The translations under genes and the position numbers were made by a program. A stretch of 64,000 nt of DNA. It comes from Eledone cirrhosa. Lineage: Eukaryota. Each line of letters opens with the position of its first letter. Within the stretch, counting starts at the first letter, position 1. The stretch spans positions 62,434,001 through 62,498,000 of the forward strand of contig OZ024741.1 in the NCBI GenBank assembly GCA_964016885.1. The letters run 5' to 3'. The notes beneath the pieces were generated by a model that was not told where the DNA came from, ran no database searches, and worked only from the letters and a program-made list of their open reading frames with translations. Shown piece by piece: positions 25,488 to 39,700 of this stretch.

Positions 25488-26503
25488 TACATACATACAT
25501 ACACACATACATACATACACACACATACATACACACATACATACACATACATACATACACACACACACACATACATGCATACACACACACATACAAACAT
25601 GCATACATACACACATACATACACACATAGATACATATACACATAGATACATACATACGCACACATACATACATACACACATGCATATATACACATACAT
25701 ACATACACACACGTACATACATAGACACACATGGTGGCTGCCAACTCGTTTTCGAGTACGGCCACTACTTTATATCCATGTAGGAGAACCCCTACCGATG
25801 CGCTGAGCGAATGTGACTTTTTAGTCCAGCCAGCGACTTGAAAACTCTGGTACAAAGACTACACTTGTGACCATTAGTGCAGGGCCCATGGTACCATGTG
25901 ATGACAAGTGGAGAGAGATCTCCAGATATAAAACAATGCCTGTGCTGTGAAGCTTTTATAGTGAGCAAAGGCACTGCACAAAGCCAGTCCCACTCTCTTA
26001 ACCAAGATGATATTTACCAAAAAGAAGAACAAGTCAACATCATTAGATACATACACACACACATACATACATAGACACATACAAACATACATACATACAC
26101 ACATATATACATACATACACGCACACATACATACATACATACACACACATACATACATACATACATACATACATACATACATACATACATACACATACAT
26201 ACACATATACATACATAAACACATACATACATACATATATACACACACATACATACATACACACATACATACACACACACATAGATACATACATGCATAC
26301 ACACATGCATACATACACACACACATACATACATACATACATACATACATACATACATACACACACATACACACATACATACATACACATACATACATAC
26401 ACACACGCATACATACATACACACACACATACATACATACATACATACATACATACATACATAGATACTCACACATATATACATACACACACACATACAT
26501 ACA
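24281..26503 (+). repeat. Long compound (CATA)n/(CA)n microsatellite
   Basis: Direct reading; source of the 500+ aa MYVC/HTY artefact ORFs. Confidence 0.97.
25730..25880 (-). mobile_element. RTE LINE 3' terminal fragment
   Basis: HKCSLCTRVFKSLAGLKSHIRSAHR* resembles the C-terminus of 33447-35147; tail GGCCGTACTCGAAAACGAG..GGCAGCCACCATG matches ~33225-33260. Confidence 0.85.
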
Positions 26504-26664
26504 TTATTGGGGCACTGGGATACGTTAGTAACTGCCTCAATACAAATCCTGAGAAGCTAGGCTTCACAGGAACAGAAAGAATACGACTAGTTAGGAAATT
26601 ACAAGTACAATCCATTAATGGAACAGTAAAAATATGTAAAACATTCCAAAACTTTGGCCTCTAA
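26504..26664 (+). mobile_element. R4/Dong-like LINE 3' fragment
   Basis: IIGALG...LQVQSINGTVKICKTF, typical of an REL C-terminus. Confidence 0.7.
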
Positions 26665-26787
26665 TAACCGCATATACACATGTACAGATACAAATCATAT
26701 ACACATGCACACATACAACTCAAAACATACACATCCACATATACAATAACATCCATATCTACACATACATACATACATATATATATA

Positions 26788-26819
<32 letters not shown>

Positions 26820-26935
26820 CAGTATATATATATACACACACACACATATATATATATATATACACTTACATAAATACGTACATACAAGAAATAGGGATGT
26901 ATTTATTTACACAAATACACGTATATATATACCTT

Positions 26936-26984
<49 letters not shown>

Positions 26985-26986
26985 TA

Positions 26987-27190
26987 TATTAACAAATGGA
27001 AACTATATTTATAAAACCATATTTATTTCATTATACATATTTCAAGGGCCACCAAGGCAAACTATGGTGCGCTTTCATCAGATAAAATTTAATATAGGTT
27101 AATTTTATAAATAAATATTGTGTTTTATATCAGTTATAAAAATATTTTGCTTGTTGTATCCCAACAAATTAAATATAACCTCTACATAAC
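26987..27190 (-). mobile_element. Family C HHR element (HHR 27025-27088)
   Basis: ATTTTAT-CTGATGA-AAGCGCACCA...TGGTGGCCCTT-GAAA-TATGTA-TA-ATGAAAT; homologous to 58310-58715. Confidence 0.8.
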
Positions 27191-27353
27191 AACAACATCA
27201 CAACTTACAATTAAGGACAAAATGAAAACACACACACATAAAACAAGCAACCAACCAGTAACATGTAAATAAACAAATAAATAAACAAATATAAACACAC
27301 ACAGACACCCGGATGTAACACATGCGCAAACTAAGCACATAACACACACAAAA

Positions 27354-27660
27354 ACAAGATGGCGTAGGACAGAACAAAGGAGAGGCACAAAAACAAAGAA
27401 AAGAATCCCCAGTCACTGAAGAGGTCACAGAATGTGTGACGAAAGAACTTTGACAATATATGAACAATCATCTGGTTGTGGAACCAACCAACCAACCGGA
27501 AATTTATAAATTCCTAAATTTATGTATTTAATTTATAATAAATTGAAGTGAAAGCGACTGGTGCTTGTGTTTCTTATTGGCAACATGACCCTCCCAAAGT
27601 ATAACAATATCGGTTTCAACACACGTTTTCAGATAAAGAATCTTGCTAAACAAATTCAGA
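27354..27660 (+). mobile_element. Family A HHR element (HHR 27412-27454)
   Basis: AAGATGGCG start; GTCA-CTGAAGA-G-GTCACA..TGTGAC-GAAA-GAAC-TT-TGAC; shared 3' terminus ...AAACAAATTCA. Confidence 0.8.
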
Positions 27661-27664
27661 AACG

Positions 27665-27710
<46 letters not shown>

Positions 27711-27872
27711 TATATTTCTTTAGGTCTTTTGGAAGCCTCAACAATGCAGATGGGTAAATCTTCGGTAACAATATCCGGTGGTGGAGAGAGAGATGTAAGT
27801 GAATGTAGGTTGAGATGTGTAGTGTGTAGAAGAGTGTAGGAAAGAGCGTAAAGGATAACAATAATAATAACA

Positions 27873-27919
<47 letters not shown>

Positions 27920-28373
27920 TCTACAGTCACACATACATGTGAACATAGTCACATACATCCATACACACACATACCTTCACATACATGCATACATGCATGC
28001 ATACATACACGCATGCATACACATATAGCCACATACGCACACACATACATACACATATCTATCTCTGTGTGCATGGTATTAAGTCTGTATGTGTATGGGT
28101 GAGAGTAGATGCCGTTAAATGTGTGCGTGTATGCGTATGTGCGTGTGTGTGTGTGTGGCATTGAGTGTGTACGTGAGTTCGTGTTTATGACATTAAATAT
28201 GTACGTGTGTTTGTGAGTATATGGCTTTATGTGTATGCGTAAGTGTATGTATGTGATTGTGGTTATTTGTGTGTAAATGTGTGTACAAGGTTTTAAGTAT
28301 GCATATGTGTGTGTGTGTGTGTGTGTGTGTGTCTGTGTGTGGTTTCATATGGTTTACGTGTGTATATATGGTA

Positions 28374-28955
28374 CTAGTAGTGGTACCCGGCGTTGCACGG
28401 GGTAAGGTATTTTGGAACGCGGGCCGCCAATCGTGTAAAAACTGCATGCCTGGACAATATGTAAAGAAATTAAACCGAATACTCTGATGGCTGAATAATC
28501 TTTAAGATTTTCCTCGGTGAAGCAGGAAAAATGCAAGTTTTCACCTAGGGGATCAAGAAAATGAATCTTTTTAATGTGCATATATGCCTTTAAATTTCGG
28601 GAAAATCGGCTAGACGTAACGCCTCCAAAAAGCCCTAAGAAGCTTAAAAAATGAAGTTTTTCACCTAATGCGGCCCCTAGGCCATAAGAAAGTTGGATTT
28701 TCTTTGCTTACGGTATGAAGAAGAGTCTGACTAATACATAGTTACAATTTCAAGGTAATCGGTCTGACGTAACGCCTCAAAAAAACCCTAAAAATCTTTT
28801 AAAACGCAGTTTTTCACATAATGCGGGCCCTAGGAGATAAAAAAAAGTTGAATTATTTTATGTGCATAACACTCCCTGAAACATAAGTAATACACATGTA
28901 AAGTTTGAAAAAAATCGGTTGGGCACTTCTCGAGTTTTAGGGATTCAAACTCACA

Positions 28956-29045
<90 letters not shown>

Positions 29046-29352
29046 GACATCCTCAGGGAAGTGACGTAATGCAGACAGCCAGACATACAGACAGATATTA
29101 TAAGGGCGCGACGTTATATGTATGTCTCTATCTAAAAAGAGAAAGACTAAGAATTATAGAACGAGATCGCTAAATCATCTAATGCGGTCCCTGGGTCATT
29201 GAAAATTCGAAAAGATTTTTGTTCAGAACACTCCCTGAAACATAAGTATTACATGTGTAACGTTTGAAAACAGTCGGTTCGGTGGTTTTCTAGTTTTAGG
29301 GATTCGAAGTCACACACACACAGACAGACATCCTCAGTTTTATATATATAGA
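28374..29352 (-). mobile_element. Non-autonomous Helitron
   Basis: Minus-strand 5' TCTATATATATATAAAACTG at 29352; 3' CCCCGTGC-AAC-GCCGGG hairpin then CTAG|T at 28374; internal ~150-bp subrepeats and (CA)n. Confidence 0.8.
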
Positions 29353-29934
29353 CTAGCAGAAAACCACCCGGTGAGCGGTTTTCTGCTAGCAAATCTAGTG
29401 TATATACTGATATCGTTGAGATTTGGATGAGAAATGTTTTCGGCACCACATGTTCACCGTCTCTCGGTGTGTCTTTTATGCATGTATAAATATATATGTT
29501 ATCTATACGGTGAAATCTTTGAAATAAATATATGTTAAAACGAAAAAGGAGACAAAGAGATTAGTGACGGAAATATAAACGTTATGATACATAAACGTTA
29601 TGATATAACGATGGAAATATATCTTCAAATGGTCCTTGGCATGGTGTCAAGTCAGAACCGCCTCGAACTAGTTACTTCTGGCTTGTGCAAGGTGTCTCTA
29701 TAGCAACCAGCGATTCCCTCGGCCTCAGTGACCAAAGTCAGTGGAGAGGGGAAGGTAATGTTTCTATAGCGACAGTGTTACTCTTAGTAGTACCAAAGTG
29801 GAGGAAGGAAGGGGAAGGTAATATTTCTGTAGCACCTACATTTGAGTTTTAGGGAAGGACAGACAGACAGACAGACAAACAGAGAAATGCTCATATATTT
29901 CTGTGTGTGTATATATATATATATATATTATTAG

Positions 29935-30215
29935 GGTAAATATTGATGCAATTCAATTCAAGCACTCAACGTACTTTTTCCACATAGGAGTGACGGAGTA
30001 AATATCGAATAAGGAAAAGCGAAGTAGTTTCAGATGTTCAAGTCCTTTAATAATAATGCTGTGATATATATTTCAGTGACGACACTGGCCACACTGTTCT
30101 GTGTGCGAGTGTCGTGTCATCATCAGACAGCTTGTTACATAATAAGGTTATGTTTCCGAGGCAATCCAAAATGGATCGACAAGGGAACGAATGAATTGCG
30201 TGTTCTTGGGTTTTT
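29935..30215 (-). mobile_element. Family D HHR repeat, solo copy (HHR 30058-30131)
   Basis: GCTGT-CTGATGA-TGACACGACACT...AGTGTCGTCACT-GAAA-TATATA-TC-ACAGC; homologous to 47993-48240 and 49320-49556. Confidence 0.82.
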
Positions 30216-30223
30216 CATCCGCT

Positions 30224-30257
<34 letters not shown>

Positions 30258-30404
30258 CACACACAGAAATGTATATATATTTCTTAGAACAAAATTATTA
30301 TTAATGTTTTGCTGTTCATAACAATTGGAATTGAATAATTACTTTTGAAATTATTAGTTATTTTACTAATGCTTAGATATGTAAAAATGAAGCAATGTTT
30401 CTAA

Positions 30405-30595
30405 TAATTGTTTCTACTTTTGGCACAAGGCCAGCAATTACCCAGTACATTACTCGTACTTTATTTTATCGACCCCGTGAGGATGAAATGCAAAGTTAAC
30501 CTCGGCGGTATTTGAACTCAGACCGTAAAGGGACGTAACTCCATGCTATGAAGCATGGTGTCCGACTCTCTACAGATTCTGCCAATCCACCGCCC
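30405..30595 (-). mobile_element. tRNA-derived SINE (family S1)
   Basis: Reverse complement of the 50100-50295 family. Confidence 0.88.
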
Positions 30596-32326
30596 TAATG
30601 TCTGTACGTAATGAGGGAGTGAGAGGGGAGAGAAAGAGAGGCAGAGGTGAAGTGACAAAGTGACTCTCTCCTCCTCCTCCTCCTCCTCCTCCTCCTCCTC
30701 CATCTCTCCATTCGTCACAACGATAGAGGGGGGGGGATGTTAGTGTGTTACAAAGAGAAAGAGTGGGAGTGAGAGAAACAGACAGACTAAAAGAGAGGGA
30801 TAGCTGGAGAGAGAGAGAGATAGCAACCACGCGCGCACGTGTTTCCACTGTCGGACAGACAGACAGAGAAATTGCTGGTTATATATTATAAGGAGATTAC
30901 ATATGTATACATGTGTGTGTGTGAATGTTGCATTCAGTGTGTACATGGTTTCAAGTATATATTTATGTGTGTGTTGCATTGCGAATGCGCGTGTTGTATG
31001 TATGTGACATAAATGTGTACGAGTGTCTCTATGTGTATGTAGTATGTGTATGTCGCGCGCGCGTGTGTGTGTATGCATGCATGTAGCATTAATTGTTTAC
31101 GTGCGTTTGTGTGTATGAACTATTAAATGAGTACGTATGTGTGTATGTATGTAGCAGTAAGTCTACGTGTGTGTGTATATATGTATGTCGAAGAGTGTGA
31201 GTCTGTATTTTATGTATGGCATTAGGTGAGTACGTGTGTGCGTATGTGGACGCATTAATGTATGTGACATTAAATGTATGTTTGTATATGTTACATTAAA
31301 TGTGTATGTGTGTATGTACGCGTGTGTAGGCGTGAAGAAAGTGTTACATATTGTGGTAGCAGCTATATTTAAAGCTATTTAGTAAGTTGTCACCTCTATT
31401 GTTGCTGCTGTTCTGACTATTGTCTCATAATGCTATTATCGTTGTGCATACACACACACACACATACACAGAAACGCACATACGCACACACACATATATA
31501 CACACACACAGGAGCATACAAACACACACACACAGGCGTATAGAAACACACACATACAGGCGCGTACAAACACACTCATACACATATGTGTCTGTTTTGT
31601 GTTTTTATGCGCCAGTGTATGTAATGCACAACGCACAACGATAATAGCATTAACCTCTACTAAAATAACCTAGTAAATTAACCAGGACATATGCAGAAAT
31701 ACAAATGCATACCCCTTAAATCAGTTATGCACCACTGAATCTATCATCTACGTAGCAGAAGTCACCTCTACTAAACTGTAGTTTAAATAACATTTGTATC
31801 ACTATGGAGGTATGGTGTAAGGCGAGTTTAAACAAAGCTATTGCATACAGTTTTAACACTTTTCATACACATCACTCGAAACCGCCCAAGTTCTGCGATA
31901 TATATATATTTATTTTCAAGTATTTATAGGTATTTATCATAATTTTATGTAAGGGCCTTTGATAAGTTAAGTTCCAAACACCAAATTAATGAGAAATTTA
32001 GTTATATCCCTAAATCCCTAAAATTCTTGATTATTTACAAAAGGATTCGAAAAGTGTAGTTACTGTGTTTGATCAGAAATGTAGTCCCGAAAGGATTATA
32101 GCGTCGTATTGGCAAAGTCGTTTGAGCGTTGGAAAGAATGCTTTGCAGTATTGTTCCGACTTCTTGCGCTCTAGGTGCATACCTGTGTAACTGCTTATGT
32201 GTCTGCATGTGTGCACACATAAACTCAAATGAACACACACATACACAAGTATACACATACACACCTCATATATATATATACATATGTATATATATATATG
32301 TGTGTGTGTGTATGTATATATATATA

Positions 32327-32404
<78 letters not shown>

Positions 32405-32479
32405 TATATATATATACATACACACACACACATATATATATATACACACAAATGAACACAGACATACACAAATATACAC

Positions 32480-32562
<83 letters not shown>

Positions 32563-33089
32563 CACAAATGAATACACATACACAAAAATACACATACACA
32601 CACACACACACACACGCACCAATATGTATATATATATAGGGAGAAAGAGACGCAAACAACGCCAACGTCACTAATATCAGACATTTATCAATCACCCCTC
32701 CTCTCCACCACTAATTCCGCCACTTTCTATTTTCTCTCTCACTTTGTTATTCTCTCTCCCCTTCCTCCATCAATTACTCTGCCTCCCCTTCCCCCATACG
32801 AGTGCCGCCCGCCGTGTCACTGTAGCAACAGTTAGCTTGACCTCGGCACACGTGCTGACGTAACCTGAACAAAGAACCAAAACAATACCTGCCACTCTAC
32901 ACTCCACATCCCCACCTCCCCCTTCTTGTTAGCCATTAATCTCCATATTACACCTCCTCTTCCTTTCCTCCTTTACAACTCACCTTACTCTCCACATAAC
33001 ACCCAGCTTTCTCCACCTCAATTATCTGTTAGAACATAACTCAACAAAAGCTCTTACATAAAATGATGTGTCTATCTATTTCTGATTCT

Positions 33090-33107
33090 ATCTCTCTCTC
33101 TCCCTCT

Positions 33108-33182
<75 letters not shown>

Positions 33183-33202
33183 TCTCTCTCTCTCTCTTTC
33201 TC
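33090..33202 (+). repeat. (CT)n microsatellite
   Basis: Direct reading. Confidence 0.95.
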
Positions 33203-33305
33203 AATATATGTACATACATACTAACATGATGGCTGCCCCCTCGTTATCGAGTATGGCCATTGCACGAAAAAAAAAAAAAAAATATATATATACATATATA
33301 TTAAC

Positions 33306-33343
<38 letters not shown>

Positions 33344-33446
33344 CAATAATAATAACGACAACAGCAATAATAATATACATATACATATATACACACACAC
33401 ACACACGCACACACACAAACACACCTACACACACACATGATAGCAA

Positions 33447-36345
33447 CTAACAGCGCTGCGATCGAATGTGGCTTTTTAGCCCAGTCAATGATCTAAAATG
33501 TCTTGCACAGAGTCGGCAACCAAAACATTCACTGGGAATAGCCGGCTGTGGTTGGAGTTCATGTACTTTTGCATGTCGCTTGAGCCCTCCTGCTGATTTA
33601 CATTCCCTACCACATGCTTGGCAAGCATGATGAGTAGCATCTCCAACAGTAGCCTGGTAGTCAACCACTGGTCTTACTTTATGACTGCGAAGATGACTTT
33701 CGAGTCCAGCTTTGCTTAGGCAGAGTCTCGCACAGACTCTGCATGTCAGCACCATAGGAGGACCCTCTCCGTCTGGAAGTGCAACAGCAATGCGCTTCCT
33801 CACATCCCGCTTTACTTTCACGTATGCGATTCGAGATGCTTCAAAGGCAACTTTTCCCTCATATATAGTCTTTCTCCATTTATTACGATCAGCAGCCATA
33901 TTTTCCCATGTATCAGCAGCGATGTTAGCGTCTTTCAAAGAAGCTTTCAAGGAATCCTTATACCTCTTTTTGGGTTTATGTTGCGGTCGTTTTCCTTTAA
34001 CTAACTCTCCATAAAAGAGTTGTTTTGGTATTCTAGAATCCTTCATTCTGGCAAGGTGACCACTCCAACGGAGTCGCTGCTTAAGCACAAGAGCTTCTAT
34101 ACTGTCACGCATAGAGCTTTCCAAAATCTCGATATCACTGATGTGGTCCCTCCAGTGAACGCCATGGATCCGTCTGAGACACATCTGATGGAAACGCTCC
34201 AATTGCTTAAGGTGGTGTCGATATGTAATCGAGGTCTCGCAGGCATAAAGAAGAGAAGAGAGCACACATGCCTTGTACACCTTTACCTTTGTCTTCTTGT
34301 ATATGTCTCGCTGACCCCAGAGTCGCCTTTTTAGCTTTCCGAAAGCATCATCTGCTTTCCTAATCCTAAGTGAGATTTCACTATCAAGGTTGCTGTATCG
34401 ATTGACAGTGCTTCCCAGGTAGACAAACTGATCAACCACTCCAAGTCGTTTACCATAAACATAGATATTTTGTTCACTGTACTGCTTAACAGGGGCAGGT
34501 TGGTACATGACGACGGTTTTCTTGAGACTGACAGTTAATCCTAGGGCAGTGCAAGCGTCAGAAAATGCATTCAAAATGTGCTGCATATCACTCTCTGTAT
34601 GCGCTACAAGATCGCAATCATATGCATACAAGAGGTCTCTTATGATTGATGTAAATACCTTTGTCTTTGCAGCAAAGCGCCTGATGTTAAATATGCTGCC
34701 TGAGGTTCTATATCGGATGTAAACACTATGCTCGCAATTCCTGAATGCAATACAGAAAACCATTGCAAAGTATATGGCAAACAGCGTCGGTGCTGGAATA
34801 TCCCCCTGTTTCACTCCATTTTTTACTGAGATAGGCTCCGACATGTTACCTCCGACATTAACCCAAGCCTTCATGTCGTCATGGAAAGACCTAACTAAAG
34901 CAAGGAACTTATCAGGGCAACCAAGTTTCTGGAAAACCTTCCATAATGCATTTCTGTTAACAGTATCGAAAGCTTTTGTCAGATCGACAAAAACCTGATG
35001 CAAATCCAAACCTTGTTCCATGCACTTCTCCTGGAGCTGTCTAGCTGAGAAGATCATATCAGTAGTGCCGCGTCCAGCACGAAAACCAGATTGACTTTCA
35101 GGAAGAACACAATCTGCAATGTGTGTCAGCAGACGGTCCAGAAGCACCCTACATTAAACTTTCCCTACGACAGAAAATAATGATATACCTCTGTAGTCCC
35201 CACAATCATTCCTGTTACCCTTTCCCTTGTACAAGACCACCATTACTGCATCTCTCCAGTCCTCAGATACGGATTCATTTGCCCATATCCTGCCAAACAA
35301 AGAGTGAAGATGTTGCAGGAGTTTCTCACCACCATATTGTAGGAGCTCAGCATGTATGCCATCCATACCTGGAGACCTTCCACTGTTCAGCTTCGAGATA
35401 GCCACTGCAACTTCCACAAGCGTCGGAGGTTCTGCGAGAGCTACTTTCACAAGACTTTCTGGAATGAGATTGAGGAAATCTTCACTAACGACAGACGGCT
35501 GGTTCAAAAGATCATCAAAGTGCTCTCGCCACCTTCGTAGAATTCCTTGTGTGTCACGAAGAAGTTCTTTGCCATCCTTGCTGCGAAGCGGTGTCACCAG
35601 AGAAGAAAAACGGTCCATAAACCTCACGCAAGAGACTGTACAAAAGTTTTGTCTTATTGGAATCTGACGCAGTTTGTATCTCACCAGCCTTCTCACTCCA
35701 CCACTGATCCTTCATCTGAGAAAGACTCCGCCTAACACGTGATTTTACATCCCTGAGTTCCTCGTGCAACGTATTCCTTTCCTGTGGTTTTGCCGTCAAG
35801 TAGCGTGACAGAGCACGCCTCTTATCAGCCAACAAATCTTCTATATGTACATCATTCTCATTTAACCAGTCCTGATGTTTCCTCTGCACCAATCCCAGAA
35901 CACGCCTGTCTACATCATAAACTGACTTTTTAAGGGTCAGCCAATCCTCACCAAGATCTGAAGCCTGCATCTCTTCTTCCAATGTCCTCTTCACATTTTT
36001 AATCCTTAAGGCGAGCAGCATTCAATCTTTTGGGCAGGGCAACACCAGGAGCCCGGATTTTACGTTTAGTGATTAGTTTCACTTTTGCGCGTACCAGGCG
36101 GTGGTCCGTCCAGCACTCAACCCCACGAAGAACACCAACACACTGCACATCCCGTCTGTCACGCACCCTAACAAGGACCCACTCTGCCAATGTATGTATG
36201 TATGTATGTATGTATGTATGTATCAAGGAATCCCTGTCAAGCAGCGTCCGTACGTTCCAGCAGCCAAGACTGAATGCCTTGTTTGGCTCTATTACAATAG
36301 CACGATGACGAGCGGGCCCAGGCTGTGATAACCTGGGGACCCTGC
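33447..36345 (-). pseudogene. RTE-clade LINE ORF (APE remnant, RT, three zinc-finger repeats), disrupted
   Basis: LGCWNVRTL; WTDHRLV; SPGMDGI; YRGISL; QSGFR; FVDLTKAFDTV; GVKQGD; catalytic YADD reads YAYD; YLGS; RLRWSGH; most of APE is missing and replaced by (CATA)n at 36191-36223. Confidence 0.93.
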
Positions 36346-36465
36346 CAATATTGCCAATTATCTTTTTTGTTCCAGAACCTAAATTGCCAATTATCTCTTT
36401 TATATTGTTCTGGAACATCATTGAATTGGGGAAAAAAAAAAAAAAGTAATAATAATAGTAACAAC

Positions 36466-36502
<37 letters not shown>

Positions 36503-36744
36503 TTTTCTTTATTAACCACAAGGGTTTACATAAAGTAGACATTAAGGACAGTACAGGACAATACAGGACGGTACAAATGGGCATTTCTGCGTGTAAAAAA
36601 ACAGAGGTTGAAATAAAATAACAAAGAAAAATTCCCCAATAGGGGGGAGACTTCCAAGGGACATTTGTGGAGAAAGCCCATTAAAAGACCACAGTGGCCC
36701 TGACCACCAGGGCAAGTGCCCTCTCCCAGTTTTCCACCTTTAAT

Positions 36745-39700
36745 TTACAGACACATACTCAGAGAAGGCCCATTCATTCGGGCCATACTTGCTTCTCTCA
36801 CCCATCTTTCAACAAAATGCTGGGAAGAGAGCACTTCCCTCTCTACCCTGATTTTCCTTTTCAAATGAAATTTGAAAAAGTTAATCAGGGCATCACCGAA
36901 GAGGTAAGTGCTCGTCTTCAGCCCTTTCAAACGTGTCCACCATACTATCTCTTTCGCCATGGCCACCAGACAGATAAAAACTGCCTGCCCTTCCAGGCTA
37001 AAGGAAGGGGGCGGGGCAATCCTCACGATGGACTCAGCTGATAGCTGGATCCGTCCTACACGTGACAGCAGGTGTTCGACATAAACCCACAAGTCAGCAA
37101 TGCTCGGACACTGGACGAGTGCGTGCAGGACGGTTTCGTCGCCCTGCGCGCATCTCGGACATGCCCGGCTGACGGCACCTCCATGCCTGTAGAGTTTATC
37201 CGGAACTGGCAAAGCTCCTCGGTAGCACTGCCAGGCCAGGGATTTCTGGAAGTTGTCCATAGGCCCCGGCCCGAAAGTCCTTCCGAAGAGATTGGCTAGT
37301 TGATTTTCGTCGACGCCTAGAGTTTCTCCAAGTACGTCGTCGCTCTTCCCCTCCACTAATCCCCTATAGAACGCCAAGGTGGAGTTTCCCCCGATCACAT
37401 TGCCCGATTGGTCGAGGGCTGTGAGCGCCTGAAGACATTCCAGTCTCCAAGCGCTCCCTCTCGGTCTTCGCTTGACCCAGGACTGCAGCTCCGTCAAGGA
37501 GACGAGCTGGGGAAAAACGTGTCTTGCAAACGGCGACCACACCTGATCACCGTCGAGGAAGAGGTGGAGATGTCGTAGCCTGAGCGCGTGTCTGCGCATC
37601 ATCAGCCACGGCATGCCCAGCCCTCCACGTAGCGGGGGTGTTGACAGCAGATGGACCGCCTGACCATCGGAGCGCGTCCCTTCCACAAGAAGCGAAAGAG
37701 CAAACGCTCCAGCGCAGTCAGGCGAGGCTTAGGACAAGGTACGACGGTCAGGCGGTAGCAGATGACAGACGCGATGTACGCGTTAGCCACCTCCGCTCGA
37801 CCTTTCAGGGATAACTTCCTCTCCGCCCATTTCTGGGTGAGAGAAGCCACCCTGCTCGTCACCTAGTCCCAGTTTTTGTCCGTCTGGAGGTCCGGACCGA
37901 ACCAGACCCCTAGCAATTTAACCGGTCCGTCCGTCCAGCGCCCGACGACGCTGTTGGACGGCATGGACCTGCCTCTCCAGGTGCCGAGCTGCAGGCCCAC
38001 TGACTTTTCCTGGTTGATCATTGCTCCTGTCACCGCTTCGTATTCTCTTAGTGTAGTGCCGATCGCCTCGATGTGTTTGGCGTTCGACACCACTACGGTG
38101 ACATCGTCCGCATATGCTGACACGGATCTTCCGCATCCTAGTTCGCGCGGGACTCCCCTCAACGTCTCCAGTTTGTGCAGTAATGGCTCGAGAGTCAATA
38201 CGTACAAGAGCGACGAGAGGGGACATCCTTGGCGGACCGAGCGCATGATGTTGAACGGTTCCGACAGGTGACCGTTCACTCTCACCACAGAGCAGATCTC
38301 GCTGTGCATGGCAGCGATCCAGCCTCTGAAGACGGGCCCAAAGCCAGCCGCCCTCAGGACGGCCGCTAGATAACGATGGTCGACCCTATCGAAAGCTTTC
38401 GACTGATCTAAATTGATCAAGGACCCACCCGTTCCAGGTTCCTTAGCTACCCTCTCTATGATGTATCGCATGAGGTGGAGGTTGTCGTGGATGGATCTGT
38501 CGGGAATGGCGCATGTCTGCGCCTCTCCCACCAGACCACCAACGACAAGCGCCAACCTCTTTGCTAGCACCTTGGCCAAAATCTTGAACTCTGTGTTTAG
38601 CAGAGTTATGGGCCGGAAATTGTCTATGTTATCCCCCTTGTTCGGATCCTTTCTCAGCAGTGCCACCGCTCCTCGGCTCACAGAACTCGGAATTCTCCCG
38701 TTCTGTTGCCAGTTGCAGTAGACGTCCGCCAAGAGGCCTCCGAACAAGTCTGGCATCTGTACGTAAAGTTCATAGGGCAGACCATCCACACCAGGCGATT
38801 TACCCCTTGTGCAGCCAGTCATTGCCTCCGTTACTTCAGCGGCTGTTATCGGCTTTTCGCAACACTTCGCCTCAGTGGCCGAGAGCCGCGGCAGTCCGTC
38901 GAGGTAGACACTAAAGTCCATCCCTCTACCCGGCCCACCGCTGCCCCCGAACAGCTGAGCGAAGTGTCGCTGAAAAGCTTCACACATTTGCCCGGGATCG
39001 AGTAGCATGCGCCCGTCGTGGTCCACCAAAGACCGGATCGTGGCTTTGTTGCCACGACGCGCCTCCGCCACTCGGGCCCATTGAACGGCTTTCGTCCCCT
39101 CGTGTCTGAGAGCACGCACCCTAGCTCTGACAACGCAGCCTTCGTGCTTTGCATTGAAGAATTGGTCAAGGGCCAATTTCGCCGCAAGCACGTCGGTCGC
39201 AATGCCTTTGCTAAGCGCCTCGTCTAATTTTCTAACTAGTTCTCCCTCTGCTCTATTTTTCTCTATTGCTAAAGCCTTACTAAACCTAATCGATTCTATT
39301 CTAATCGCTCTTTTCAGAGCAAACCACCACTTGTTGTTGACGATGGCCCCCGTCAACGCCCGCTTAACTAGTTCGCTAATCCGGTCTCTGTAGGCCTTGC
39401 GCGCTGGTAAGGACGCGTTTAGCTTCCAGTAGCCGGGTCCTCGTCTATGAAGCCTATCTAAGTCAAGCACACAGATCACGAATTTGTGGTCCGTGTAGCT
39501 GACTATCTTGGATTGTGGACAGCCTATGCTAGACCTATCTATTTCCCTACAAAATACTCTATCTAGATATGATCTGGATGACCCTATGCGGTTTGTCCAA
39601 GTCCACATTGGCACATTCGGGAAATCCAATCGGTTCCTGTCAGACAGTTCAAAACGCCTGAGCAGGTTGGTGAGGCTCTTGCACCCTCCACCCCTATCCG

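Noticed and set aside
24033-26528. Long ORFs of up to 565 aa (MYVC/HTY repeats)
   Set aside because: Translations of (CATA)n/(CA)n microsatellite that lack stops by composition; the same applies to the YIYI, HTHT and poly-T ORFs elsewhere.
37863-37865. Programmed read-through or recoding of the in-frame TAG in Tx1 ORF2
   Set aside because: A single nonsense change plus a nearby frameshift is more simply copy decay or sequencing error; no recoding signal seen.
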